Assembly (NCBI GenBank): GCA_973895155.1
Contig: OZ316895.1
Location: 8,296,184 to 8,360,183 of the forward strand
DNA length: 64,000 bases
Reading direction: 5' to 3'
Source: Marsupella aquatica
Lineage: Eukaryota > Plantae > Marchantiophyta
The translations under genes were made by a program, and so were the position numbers. The notes beneath the pieces were generated by a model that saw nothing but the letters and a program-made list of their open reading frames with translations, did no database searches and was not told the origin of the DNA. This document shows positions 37,070 through 49,260 of this stretch, in pieces (position 1 is the first letter of the stretch; the number at the start of each line of letters is the position of its first letter).

Positions 37070-37608
37070 GGAGAAGAAGTTACCAGTGTGTAACCATTTC
37101 TGCATGGGCCTACTATAGTCATAATCTGCTGTCCTGAAAAGTCGAGCCAATAATCTCTTTCCATACAGGAGTTACTTATGCTAATGCAGGGCAAGGCTGG
37201 GTTATACACTGTAGCCTTGCACCCAGACCTGCATTACCCTATACAAAGTTTAAGATCCCCAGGTTGACACACGGGTTCAGTGGCTCACGTGCAAGGGTAA
37301 TGCCTCGTAACCTTCTCTAGACATACAAATAAACAAATATAAGAGGGGTTCCTTACAAGGTGGCGGGGACACCTTGCCAGTCCACTGCAACGAAGGTTCG
37401 AAGGAGCCTCCTAGTGTGGATTTGTTTCCCTCCAGGGCCCATAAAGTATTCCGTCGGGCGAAAGGTGTGCCTATTTGGCAACGGGGGAGGGAGGGGGTTC
37501 AGAAATGATTGGCGGTTGGCCCACCTGTGGATGGTTTTGCAGTCTGCGGATTGCACCACCCTATCGCTTCACCTTATCTTATCGCCTCCCAGTCCTCTAC
37601 AGTCCTAA

Positions 37609-37673
37609 CTGTCCCTCAGTTGTCCCTCAGTTGTCCTCAGTTGTCCCTCAGTTGTCCTCAACTGTCCCTCAGT
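37609..37673. repeat. 10-11-bp tandem repeat (tgtccctcagt) upstream of ATP synthase delta
   Basis: About six imperfect units. Confidence 0.85.
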
Positions 37674-38195
37674 CGCCCTCGCTCTCCCCGAGCATCAGAG
37701 CCCCAACTCCATGGCTTTTCGCTCGCTTCCTTCTCCTTTCGCTGGTGGAGTGGTTGCCTGATCCTTCCTCTTCTTCGGTATCAGAGGACGAGCGAGCTCC
37801 TCCACGAATCCGTATCCGTAACGAATCCTTTCCCACCTCGGAATCGGAACTCGAAGTGGGTTTGGTCGCCTGTCTCTCGGAAGACAGTTGAAGGGAATCG
37901 AAGGGAAGGAAAGAGAAGAGCAGAGAAGGCAAGAGGAAGAGTAAGAGCTAGAGGTTGGTTTCATTTTGATCTCGCAGGAACGTACGTTAGGCCAGGCAGT
38001 GTCGAATTTGTTGTTGGGAGATAGCTGTTTTGAGTCCGTGACGAATCAATCCTTTCGAAGTTCAAACCTTGGAAGCGGAGCTGGTTTGGTCAGCAGGTCA
38101 GCTCGTTTTTTTCTCGCAGGAGCACGGTAGGATTTGGAGACTCTGGGGTGGATTACGGTGTTGTGAAGAGGAACCGAGAGCAGTGAGAGAGGCTG

Positions 38196-39020
38196 ATGGA
38201 GGCAATTCAAGCTGGAGCCAGGGTTGCCGCGATCGGGTCGACCGTAGCTGTGGTCGACTCCGGCGCCACGTCTTCGTCCTCACGGGCGACTTGCGCTCGA
38301 GCTTTTCTCTCCAGGAAGCCGCTCTGTTGCCCAGGTTTGTCAGCTTCATCTTCTGGAGCCGGAGCTGTCGGTTCGTTTTTCTATAATGCTCTTGCAGCGA
38401 AGGTGCCTGAGGTTGAGAATGGGAGGAGAGGACATCGGGGTGTCGTCACTATGAGGTCGGACACCGCAGCTGGAGGCTACGCCACTGCTCTGGCAGAGCT
38501 TGCTCAGTCGACTGATCAATTGGAGGCGATCTACAAAGATATTGAGAGCTTTGGCGATATTTTGAAGAACCCCGAGATTCACGAGTTTCTAGTTAGCCCG
38601 GTGGTTGTGGACGAGAAGAAGAAGAGCATCCTCAAGACTTTGGCCGACGACGCCAAATTCAACCCTTTCACACTCAACTTCTTCTATGTTCTGATTGATA
38701 AGAAAAGGTTTGGCCTCATCAACGACGTTGTCAAGGAGTTCTCTACAATCTACTTCGAGTTAACCGACACGCAGCTTGCCACAGTGGCCTCGGCTGTAAA
38801 AATAGAGAAGGCGCAGTTGGCTCTCATTGCCAAGAAGATTCAGACCTTGAGCGGTGCGAAGAACGTTCGGATAAAAAACGTCATCGATCCGTCGTTGATT
38901 GCGGGCTTTATTGTGAAGTATGGCAAGGATGGTTCCTGCTTCGTGGACATGAGCGTCAAAGGGCAGTTGGATCGCTTGGCTCAGCAGTTCGAATACGCCG
39001 AGAAAGTCGGAGCATTTTAG
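38196..39020 (+). CDS. ATPD: Chloroplast ATP synthase CF1 delta subunit precursor (intronless CDS)
   Basis: Ser/Ala-rich transit peptide, then AAGGYATALAELA...GAKNVRIKNVIDPSLIAGFIVKYGKDGS..DMSVKGQL; 274 aa. Confidence 0.95.
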   Translation: MEAIQAGARVAAIGSTVAVVDSGATSSSSRATCARAFLSRKPLCCPGLSASSSGAGAVGSFFYNALAAKVPEVENGRRGHRGVVTMRSDTAAGGYATALAELAQSTDQLEAIYKDIESFGDILKNPEIHEFLVSPVVVDEKKKSILKTLADDAKFNPFTLNFFYVLIDKKRFGLINDVVKEFSTIYFELTDTQLATVASAVKIEKAQLALIAKKIQTLSGAKNVRIKNVIDPSLIAGFIVKYGKDGSCFVDMSVKGQLDRLAQQFEYAEKVGAF

Positions 39021-41024
39021 TCCCTGCGCTTGTAAAGTATTCGAAATTATTTATTCTTGAAAGTGCGCTGTGTTCTCGGCTGTGTCCCCCATTATGCCGA
39101 ACCCGTAGAGATTGCTCGACAGTATTGACATGATCAAGCTGAAGTTTTGCATCGACCCTGCGTCTGTCATTTCAATTGCAGACCAGAGATCTGTGATGTA
39201 TATTCTATCTCCAAAGGAGAAACTCATTATTCTTTTCCCTCGGTGTACAGTAGCGAGTCTGATGCTATTATGAACACTGCCTCACGATCCTGGCTTTGAC
39301 CTTGTTCCAGTCGCCGCATTTGCGCATAGTTGTTACGCAGAGAATTGTATAATTTGATATCGAAGTTTCAATGAAGATATTGTCTCTTCGGAGCCTGTCG
39401 AAACGAGACGATTGATTTCGTTTGGACTTTTTTTGTGACTTCCGCGTGATCTTCTCTTCATTGGTTCAGATCTATGTTTCTTCATCTGTCCTGTGTTTTG
39501 GAAAAAAAGATGTACGAGATAGTAAACTATATCGCCCGGAACTTTGAATCAGGAAGTACTGCTTAAATGAAGTTTCCAGCTTGGATTGAAACTCTCCTAG
39601 GTTGACTTCTCGATAAGATGGGAATGCTGCTGTTGGAGTGCAGTTGTGACTAGCTAACAGCAGAATTTCGAGTCGATTTGCGGTCGGTTGCAAAAGTGTT
39701 TTGTTTCAGCAAGCTTGCCACAACTTCCATGCGGGAATCACACTGCTGGGCAGCGTCAGGAATTCTCAAAATGTTTCAGACTAACAAGGAAGACGTGAGG
39801 AATTGTGAGTGATACAATCCACATGATTGTCCTTGCTTGTCTGCTTAGTATATATCGCACAGGCAAGTCATCTTGGAGGAGAGAGTATTGTGACATTGTT
39901 TGTGGCGCACATTTTGGCAATGCCAACATCCCCTCACATGTCTATATGCAGTTTTCAGGAGAACCTCAAATGCTCGACAGTATTCTGATGCTCTCATGTA
40001 ACAAGCACAAACAACGAATCAAAATCCAGCACAGCAAAAGCAATTTCTCAGCTGGAAGTTCTTAAAGAGTTCCAAGTTCACTTGGGAGTCTAAAGCCAAC
40101 CAAGCTTTTAAGGAACGTTACCTCGTAGCTCACCGTAAACTCGGACATCAACAAGTCCAGGCAAAATACTTCCCCGTATGTTGATGTCGAACTTGACGGT
40201 GAGTTACGAAGCCAACCCTCAACTTGTCTACTTGCCGGGATGAAGTAGTCTGAGGGTTTGGTAAGCTGGTCGATATCCTAAGGATTAGAAGAAAGAGACC
40301 ACCTCCCAAAAATTTTAGATCAATGCAGGGATGCTTGATGCCCCTGCACAAAAATGACAATTGCCCTGGTAAGATAGGACGCGTTCGAAAAGTAAGACCA
40401 TCGACACCCGCTCTATGGAGCCTCCCCAGTAGGCAGGCTCCCGTTTCTTGAGGCTGGCAATCACCAACTGTACATCCCAATCTCTCTTGGCTATGAACTA
40501 GTTGTGATCCTAATAGAATTCCATGCATAACAAGCATCTACCTGTCAGAACGGTATCAAATCGAGCAGAGTTATTTTGTCTCTTAGAATGGACAGTGTGA
40601 ATTTCGTCTGACCACTGCGCAAAAATTTCTCATTTTGCCCTTGCCCGTTTGACTGACAGACCGGCGATGACCAACAAGTGACACGATGAACATCATGTTC
40701 AGAGCCTGGATTGACGAAAACGAGATGTACATTGGTGTTTTGCCGTCCACTGCAGGAAAGGGACCAGTCGGGGCTCAATCTAACGTATTTCCTAAGAAGT
40801 GCTAATCACCAGTATACCTTAAACTCATGTTCTAAGGAAGACAATCTAACTCCTCGCTACCTCATCTCTGAACCAACACTTGGTGGAGAGATTCCATGCT
40901 AGCCCTCATTTGTGAATATTGGAAGCCTCGACCATCCTTAGGCAGCACATCAAACTTAGAACAAGTGTGCCCTGCAGCTCCTAGAAAGATCAATTTACAA
41001 AAATTCTACGCAGACATAGCTGCC

Positions 41025-44000
41025 TCAAATTATTCGATTCCTAATGTCTTCCAGTTTCTTCAGGATTTCACCGGGGGTTCGATCAAGTTCGTCTGCAATT
41101 TTGCGCTGCAAGTCTGCTGACAAAGTTGGGTATTGTTCGCAAAGATCACCATCAATAACATCCTGCATATAATGAAAAGACAGTAAAAAACCAAGGTGAG
41201 GGGATGCAGGAAAATAGAAGGAGTTCAGACAACAGATACGAGGAGATTCGTTCGTGTCTCATATGCAGTCACCGAACTTCGACGAAAGTGCGAAACGACA
41301 GAATGCTACATACCTTCACGGGGAAATATGCTGATCTGAATGCCATGTGCTCACGGCCAGCCAGAGGGGGATTCTCTTGCCGCAAATGCATTTCCAAATG
41401 CGAGAAGAAGTCAACGTCTTCTCTTGATGAGAAGGGCAGTAGAGCTCCCACGCTACCCATCACTGTACCATAAAGGACAATTTCACCACCGCCTGGAATG
41501 AGAGAAGCTTTTTGCAAGCTAGTTACAACTTCTCCCACATGGAATTGGACAATTTCTTCAACCTTGTTGGGGGCTCCATTAAGTCTACCCTGTTCCCATT
41601 TGATCTTCCCTCCTGTGGGGTCATCTTCAATCTCCTCTGACACATCCTGTGGAAGGCGCATGAAGTAAACATTCCCAAACTTATCTGCTCCTGCCATTGT
41701 GTCGAAGTCTATGTGCAGTGAAGCAGTTAACCACCTAGGGCAACTGTCATCTGCAAATGTATATAACTGATTCTCATCCCGACGGTACTTCACATAGTGA
41801 AATGACTGCATTTCGAGCAAAAAGCTACGTCAGACGAGAATTGAGATTATAAAACGACAAGGTCAGACAAAAGGTTAAGCCTGCTGCACTTCCTTCTCCA
41901 AGAACGGACCATTCAAAGCAACTACGAAATGCACAACACTGCCTTACAAAACAATTACGGTCCTGGAAGCGGGTAGATATGTACCTCCTGCAAATCCCCC
42001 ACGTAGATTCGGTCTCCATATGTATGGATGGCAATGATGGTATTCGGAAAATTCTTGTTCTCACACTTCCGAAGCAGCTTCCTTTTACCGAGGTCGTATA
42101 TTCTCAAGATTTGCCCAACACCAACCAGTAAACGTCCTTGAAACTGACACAACGCAGTTGGTACACCATCTACCGGTGTCTTGTGTACAAGCTCTAAAGT
42201 TTTACCGTCATTGACCAACCTGTAAATGTGAATAAAACCTCCTGCTGATTCTTTCCTAGGCCAAAATTTCAGATCCTTCGAAGTTCCTACGGCTATGACA
42301 GTTCCCAGTTCTTTATCATGGAAAGTCACGGTACATAAACTTAACGCAGCCTCATTTTCCTGCAACTCCAACAAACAGGTGGTTTCTCCTGACTTGGGAT
42401 CCAGAACTCGCAAGCACGAGACCCACTTGCTTGAGACAGCCTTCGGATAACCATACTGTTCATCAGGAAGAGGATCTTCCTTCTCTTCTCCATCTCCATT
42501 CTCATGATCATCTGTATCCATCTTCCCATTCTCCCGCCCACCTGCAGCCTCGATTGCTTCCTTCTTATTCGTATCTCTCTCTTCCGTTGTGAACGCACCC
42601 ATGTCACTTTCCAGGATGATGAGAGACTTGTTCTTCGGATGAAGTATAAACTTTCTTGGAGTGTATCTAAGCGGCATGACTGTCTGGTTGAACGTTTCTC
42701 CTAACCTTTCAATGGTAAAAACCCGAAGAGCATCACCAGCAACAGCCACCACTCCTTCAGCGCACTGATCTGAGGAAAACGATGCAGCATATTCGAGGGT
42801 TTCATAGGAAAGAGGAGTGAGAAGAAAATGGCCTTGATGAATGTAACCCAACCACGGCCTGCTGGAAAGGCACAGCATGGCACGACGACCCCTAACTAGA
42901 GCAGAGAACAGCTTCGGTGCCCTCAACCCTAAAAAGCGTGTTCGTGTATCCGAAAGCTGTCCAGTGACCATGTCCACTTCGGTCCTCAGAAGCACACCAT
43001 TTTGAAGACCTGCACTAAGAAACACACTGGCAGGATGGTCTGCACCATCTTCACCACCTGTGGACGCTTGCACCTCAAGAAGGAGAAGGGATTCTGGCGG
43101 GGAAGAAACTGCTTGCACACTCAATATTTGCATACAATCATCTGGGTCCAGAGAAAGTATGCGAATGGTGCTATCATATGAACCCACGGCCAAAAACCTA
43201 GATCGTTGTCTACCTTCAGGCACCGGTGCAATGTCCAGGCATGCCACATCGCCCGACATTTCCCGCTTCTCGATTTCCATTAGCTGGCCAGTCAAGTCCA
43301 TCTCAAAATATATGAGCTCACCGCCACTGAGAGCAATCACAACTTGCATCCTGTTGCAACCCACTTTGACTATGGTTTTCTTCCCCGGAGTTTTCCATTC
43401 ATTGATACGACCATCTGCCCTTATGTGCCTTATCCCATTGGGGTGGACCTGCATCAAGGAGTCTTCACCTAGGAGGGAGACCGCAAGGGAAGGTGTGGTA
43501 TCCAAAAACCCACTGTCGCTGACTTCCTCTACAGTTTCACCAATAGACAACACCAGAGTGGCATTGACAAAAGACACGACAATATAGGCATCAAACTCAT
43601 CGTTGACGCTTCTTTTCACTGTCCAGACGGCACTCGGAACTCCAGGAAGCTGCGAAACGGCCATCTCAGTGACGGCAAGGCCGGGTCTCAAAATTCGTAA
43701 GGATGACTGAGGTCCTCTTCCACACAGAGCAAAAATCTGAGGGGTTTCTTCTTCAAATAGATTGGCAACTTTCATGTCCATGATTGGCATCAAGCTCTCG
43801 ATTTCGTCAATCTGAACTAAATTCTTCAGCTTCCGGGGCTGGAAGAAAACAGGCTGAAACCCATCTTCCGTCTCCATTAGTGTTGCAGAGGAAGACTCCA
43901 CATCCGCTTCATCACCTATCCCTTGAAATTGATACAGGGCATGGTTCCCGAATTCCGAACCAGCAAAAAGAAAACCAGACTTGAGAACACACATGGCAGA

Positions 44001-44999
44001 AGTAACTGGAATAGTATCGAAATACCTTATCTTCAGCTCAGTCACCAGATCGTTGGTGTCATAGTCCAGTGTCACTTTGAAAATGTCTCCATACTCGGTT
44101 TGCAGGAGGAAAAAGAACATATTCTTCTGCTTGTGAGTCGCGGCAGAAACAATCAGAACCCCCCTCTCGGCCGGTAAATCCGCCCTCCGAGGAATTACTG
44201 CGCGAACGTCAGGGCGGTTTTGGTTCTTGTAAATAACAAAATTCTCTGCACAGACGAGAACACCGCTCGGTCCGTCACCTCCACCTGGAACGGTCACGAG
44301 CATATTGGCACCGTTATCGATAGGCTCCGTCCACTTCCTGACCACATGGTTCAGCCCCAAATCGAGCTCGTAAAACGTGAGGTGCTTCTGCGCCTCCGCA
44401 GCAGCCTGGCCCGTAGAATCCTGATCAGCCTCCGAATAGTCGAGCTCTATAGCCGCGAAAATCGGATTATCGAAACCACAGTCCACCCCTGTGATCGAAT
44501 ACACTATTGTATGACTCTTGTGAGCCTCCAATGGGGAGGAAATAGTTAGTCTGGCGGCATTGTCCCGGTTCAAAACATACACCAGCTTCTGCTTCTCGCA
44601 AGCTCCGACCATCACAGCCCTGCCCTTGGGGTCCACGGCCAAGTATTGGCCCGGCACTATGCGGCGACATCCGGACTTGCCGAACGTTTCTTGATGAATC
44701 TTCTCGAACGTGTTCTTCTCCCGGTTGTACTCGAGAATCACAATCCTCCCGGAGTCAGAACCCACGACAATATAGTCCTTCTGCGACCCCGTCAGGCGAA
44801 ACTGTACCAGCGACCTAATGGCCCCGAACACCTCTACCGAGAGCAACGTCTGCAGCTTTCCATTGTCATCCGGCCGCAGTAAGTCCAGCACCTTGCCTCT
44901 GGCGACCACAATCTCCTGCGATTTGGCACCTATAAAATTTCCATATGTGGCGCATACAATCCCCGTCGCTCTCTGCAGCGACAGGCTGTACAAATACAT
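41025..44999 (-). CDS. SF3B3: Splicing factor 3B subunit 3 (SAP130/RSE1), 3 exons, 1214 aa
   Basis: MYLYSLSLQ...ETFGKSGCRRIVPGQYLAVDPKGRA...YFPVKDVIDGDLCEQY. Exons 44999-41985, 41805-41314 and 41162-41025 join in frame (3645 nt) through GT-AG introns. Confidence 0.97.
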
Positions 45000-46149
45000 C
45001 GCGCTCGCCGCTCCTTTCCCTCGCTAGCCCTAGTCCCGAACGAAGTGAGGGCTCCCCAAAACAAAACTGTTGTCCGTCCGTCCGCCGGGCCCTTATCCGA
45101 TGCGCGAAATCGCACAGGACAGGGGAAGAAACCGGGCGAGATTCTCAATTCTTTTCAGTTGCTTGTTACACCATGATAACCGGGACTCCCGATTGATGCA
45201 GACACGTTCAAGTGAACCGCAGGAGCCATCCCTGCAGGAATTTTAGTCCATTCAATTCAAACGATCACACAGTGTCCGAAAAGCCCGCGCACAAGACACA
45301 GTATGAGTAGCGATAAGCTTTCTTTAGGGGAGCTCGAGAAAAAGCTTCGACCAAGTTGCGAGCAACTTGAACGAGAGAGTGCTGATTAATAGAGCTAAGA
45401 ACACTGCTGCGCGGAGCTTCACCAAAATACTCCAGCCTACTACTGTCGATGGGAATGAAATGACGAATCAAACGAAGCTCCCAAAGACTGAGGGAGAGGA
45501 GGAGAGAGCATAACGAACGTTGAAGCAACGCCCGCGCACCAACAACAGAGATGTAGCGCTGCTAGGGCGTCTCAAAGCTTCGAACATGCCCTCAACACGA
45601 TGAGAGAGCCTCTCGACAGTCTTCTTACATAGGACTGTGTCCGTCGGGAAACCTAATAGCGGGCCCTCCTTATAATATTGGCACTCGAGATTTATCCCTG
45701 TGTTTGTTTCCCAACTTTATGGAAGAGAATGCCCATGTCCACATTTTGAGCTTTGTTCTCTACTTGTTAAACCACCACTACCCATGACAAAATCTTAGTT
45801 ATTCCAGATTTCACCATACATAATATCCTTTCCTGAATTTGTGGAGCAGTGTGGAATTGAGGAAAAGAATGAGAGTGATTTGTGGAGCTATGTGGAATGG
45901 GAGAGGGAAAGAATGAGAGTGAAAAAGGGAGAAGTCTTGGACACTACCCCTTTTATATGGCTAGTGGGGGTTTAAAGAAATTGAAATCTAAACTTGCTTG
46001 AAATTTGTCTTTGTCTTGAGTGTGAAGAAAGGAGAAAAAGAATCAAAGCAATAGTGAGAGTGAGAAATTTTTGGGGGTTAAAGTGTGTTAACTCCTTGTT
46101 AGGGCATTATGGCATCATGGGCAATAATAAGAGTCCGTCAAAACTTGGC

Positions 46150-46541
46150 TAAAGACATATTTATCTGGGACACTGTGCCCTGGAAATGCAAACATGTAGT
46201 TTACCATATAGCGTATGCCCAAAGACATCTCTATCTGGGACACTATAGTCCACAATGCCCTGGAAATGCAAACATGTAGTTTACCATATAGCGTATGCCC
46301 AAAGACATCTCTATCTGGGACACTATAGTCCACAATGCCCTGGAAATGCAAACATGTAGTTTACCATATAGCGTATGCCCAAAGACATCTCTATCTGGGA
46401 CACTATAGTCCACAATGCCCTGGAAATGCAAACATGTAGTTTACCATATAGCTTATGCCCAAAGACATCTCTATCTGGGACACTATAGCCCACAATACCC
46501 TGGAAAGGCAAACATGTAGTTTACCACGTAGCTTATGCCCA
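46150..46541. repeat. 80-bp tandem repeat array, about 5 units
   Basis: Unit aaagacatctctatctgggacactatagtccacaatgccctggaaatgcaaacatgtagtttaccatatagcgtatgccc. Central units are identical; terminal units are diverged. Confidence 0.95.
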
Positions 46542-48634
46542 TAATGATTTTTCTCTTTGTAATTTTTCTGTGCATTGCAAATGGCCACTCCAGTATGTAG
46601 TAGCTGAATAGGCTGTGGATGAACACCAGCTGGAGTTCTCATTTTTTCGCCTTTAATTATGGTGATTGATTACTAAAGCACTCAATCCAAAAGTATGCAC
46701 TATAGGTTAGGCTCACACTTAGGAAATATAGATCTGACTTTGTTAGAATAAAATGTTAATGCAAATACTTTGCCTCCCCAGTATGTACAGTAGTATGCAA
46801 CGCCTTGCTCCCCCATCCCCAAAATGCATAAGGATCTTGAAGGGTAGCCCCTTTCCTCTCAAAATTTGTTTTGCAACAATATCCTCAATTGAGCCTAGTT
46901 CTCCCCCTTCTCAATGATACATGGAAGTGAGGACCTAGTCCCCAAGCTTTTCTCTTCATTGTCTTCTTTAGATAGTAGATGCATGTTGCACTATAGAGGG
47001 CACATTCAATAATTTGTTGAGCCGAGGCTGTTTATTTTAGGGTCTAGACAAATTCCTCTTGTGACAATCCTATGCAAGTTACTCTAGAGTTTTACCAAGC
47101 TTTTCATTTTGCTGCCCAGTTGAGGTATTAGCTGGCTGTTCAATAAGGTTTTAGTTCCTTTGCCATTTTTAAGGACTCAGGCATATTTGGCTCTTTGGTA
47201 TTCTTGGGGGTTTCTCCCCTTTCTTGAGTCTCCTCCTTATGGGATAGGGCCTCCAGGCTAGACTCCTTTTGTATTTTGTCCAGATACACCCGCAGATACA
47301 TACTTGGGACCTCCACCTCTTCCATATTTAGTGTGTAGCTACCACCCTAAACTAGTCTAGAGTTACATTCATAACAGCTAGAAATGTTTTCTTGTTCCTT
47401 TATTAAGTATTGAGGTATTAGGCTACCTAGGGCTTTGCTCTAGACTTTGCTTGGAACTCTAGGTTTGCATTTCACTTTGTAGTATAGATAGAGATAGATT
47501 AATTCCTTGAATGTTTAAAAAATAGCAAACCAAGCAAATCTCACTTAAATTAAATCAAGAATATTGTAGCTAGGTTTTGTGAGGGGGTTATAGCACCTGC
47601 AGCCCTCTTTTTTTCCTTTTATAATTTATGGGAGGTCCCTAGCACAACCCCCAAGCCAGTGCCTAGCTAGGGGTTCCAAGTGTCATAATCCCAATCAGCT
47701 TTGCCCCATCTTAAAATATCAAAATGTTATGTGGAAAAAGAGTGTAGGGTTTACACTAGCTAACCCATGGCTTGTTCACAATGCACTGTAGATTACACCG
47801 GGATTGCCACCCTTGGGTAACTGCCAGTGACCCCTCCAGGCCATGGATTACACTACACTTCAATGAAAGTACATGGGAAGATTCATAAGTATAGTCTATT
47901 GGGGAGGCTAAGCTCTTAGAGGGGAGTATGACACCTTCAATAAAAATATATGAACGAAACACAAGGGTAGCTCTAGACTGTGTAGGCATCTTTTTGATGT
48001 TAGGGAGCTGAAGAGGTTGTATGCTTGTAGTGGCTGTATTTCTCTCTATGGGCAATATGATAGGACCCAAAGCTGTTGCACCACCAATATAATGCCACTG
48101 ACACTTGCCAGCATCCCTTGCTGTTGTGCCTCCAATGTGGGGTAAGGGGGTTGCCTGCACCATTGTTAGGATTTGTTACAGGATCAATAAAAGTGTGCTC
48201 ATAGGTGGCTGACTCTGACTCACTCCCAACCCAATGATTTTAGTGGGTGATCTTGGGGTTTGCTGGGGTGGCCTCAGTCGATGCCGCATTTTGGTAGTCG
48301 TGCGTTCTGGCCCCTGGTTTGTGTTCTTTTCGTTGCCTTTCTATTTAAAAAAACAAAGACAAAAACACACGGTTGCACTGTTACCTTTATATTTACCAAA
48401 AAAAAACAAAAACGAAAATACATGGGAAGGTGACGAGAACACCTTTAATAAAAATATATCAACAGAAACACACGGGAGGATTCACAAGGAAGGGTCTACA
48501 AGTCTACCGACGCGTTGCCAGTTTGCTATCATTTATAGCGGGCTCAGTATAGAGGGCGGGCGGCGGCAATTTCCACATCAACCTTAAGAGTTTTGCCGGG
48601 CACTGAACTCTTCACTATCAAATACGCCGGGGCT

Positions 48635-48674
48635 GGTTTCCCGTGGCAGGTTTCCCGTGGATGGTTTCCCGTGG
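48635..48674. promoter_or_regulatory. Triple GGTTTCCCGTGG motif (14-bp period) upstream of the capping enzyme gene
   Basis: Three exact copies are seen directly. The regulatory role is inferred from position only. Confidence 0.35.
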
Positions 48675-49260
48675 CTCTTCACCGCCGCCAGCGACGAAGA
48701 ACACTAGTACTGCATAGAGCATAGAGTATTGAAGTGTGGACGAGTTTGAGACTCTCGTGATGCCCTCGTCCTTCTCGTTGTCACGATCATCCTATGTTCG
48801 TTCCTTCGTTCGTTCGATTGTTCGATAGATCGGGAGGGAAGGCGGGGCGGTCAAGTAGGCGGTCAAGGAGGAGAAGCGAAAAGCAGTCAAAAACGAATCG
48901 AAATAGCACGGGAAGGTGGTCTGGCTGAGCACTCGATCGAGCGGATGATGATGATGATCGTGGTCTCTCGATTTCCGGAATCGTTTGCCGGGGGTTACTT
49001 ACTATACTACCGGTGAGGATTTTTCTGAAAGCAAATCGACACTGGGAAGTGTGTTTTACCTGGCAAGGACTGTGGATTAGGACTTGCAAAAGATGGATTG
49101 TCGATCGAGCGGGTGATCTAAGACGCGGAAGGAAGCATTATCGGCTGCAGAGTTCTGGAATAGGTTGCCTGAAGTTACTGTCGGTGAGGTCGCGCACAGG
49201 AAATCGACGTTTGGAAGTGTGGAAAGAAGGGCACGGGCTGTAGTTTAGGACTCGCGAAAG

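Noticed and set aside
43060-45027. Plus-strand ORFs overlapping SF3B3, and similar ORFs antisense to pol and other genes
   Set aside because: Shadow frames of long coding exons with no domain signatures, unlike the ORF at 59067-59390.
46150-46541. CRISPR-like appearance of the 80-bp array, and its repeated minus-strand ORFs
   Set aside because: The units are identical along their whole length, with no unique spacers or cas genes, in a eukaryotic context. The ORFs are by-products of the repeat.
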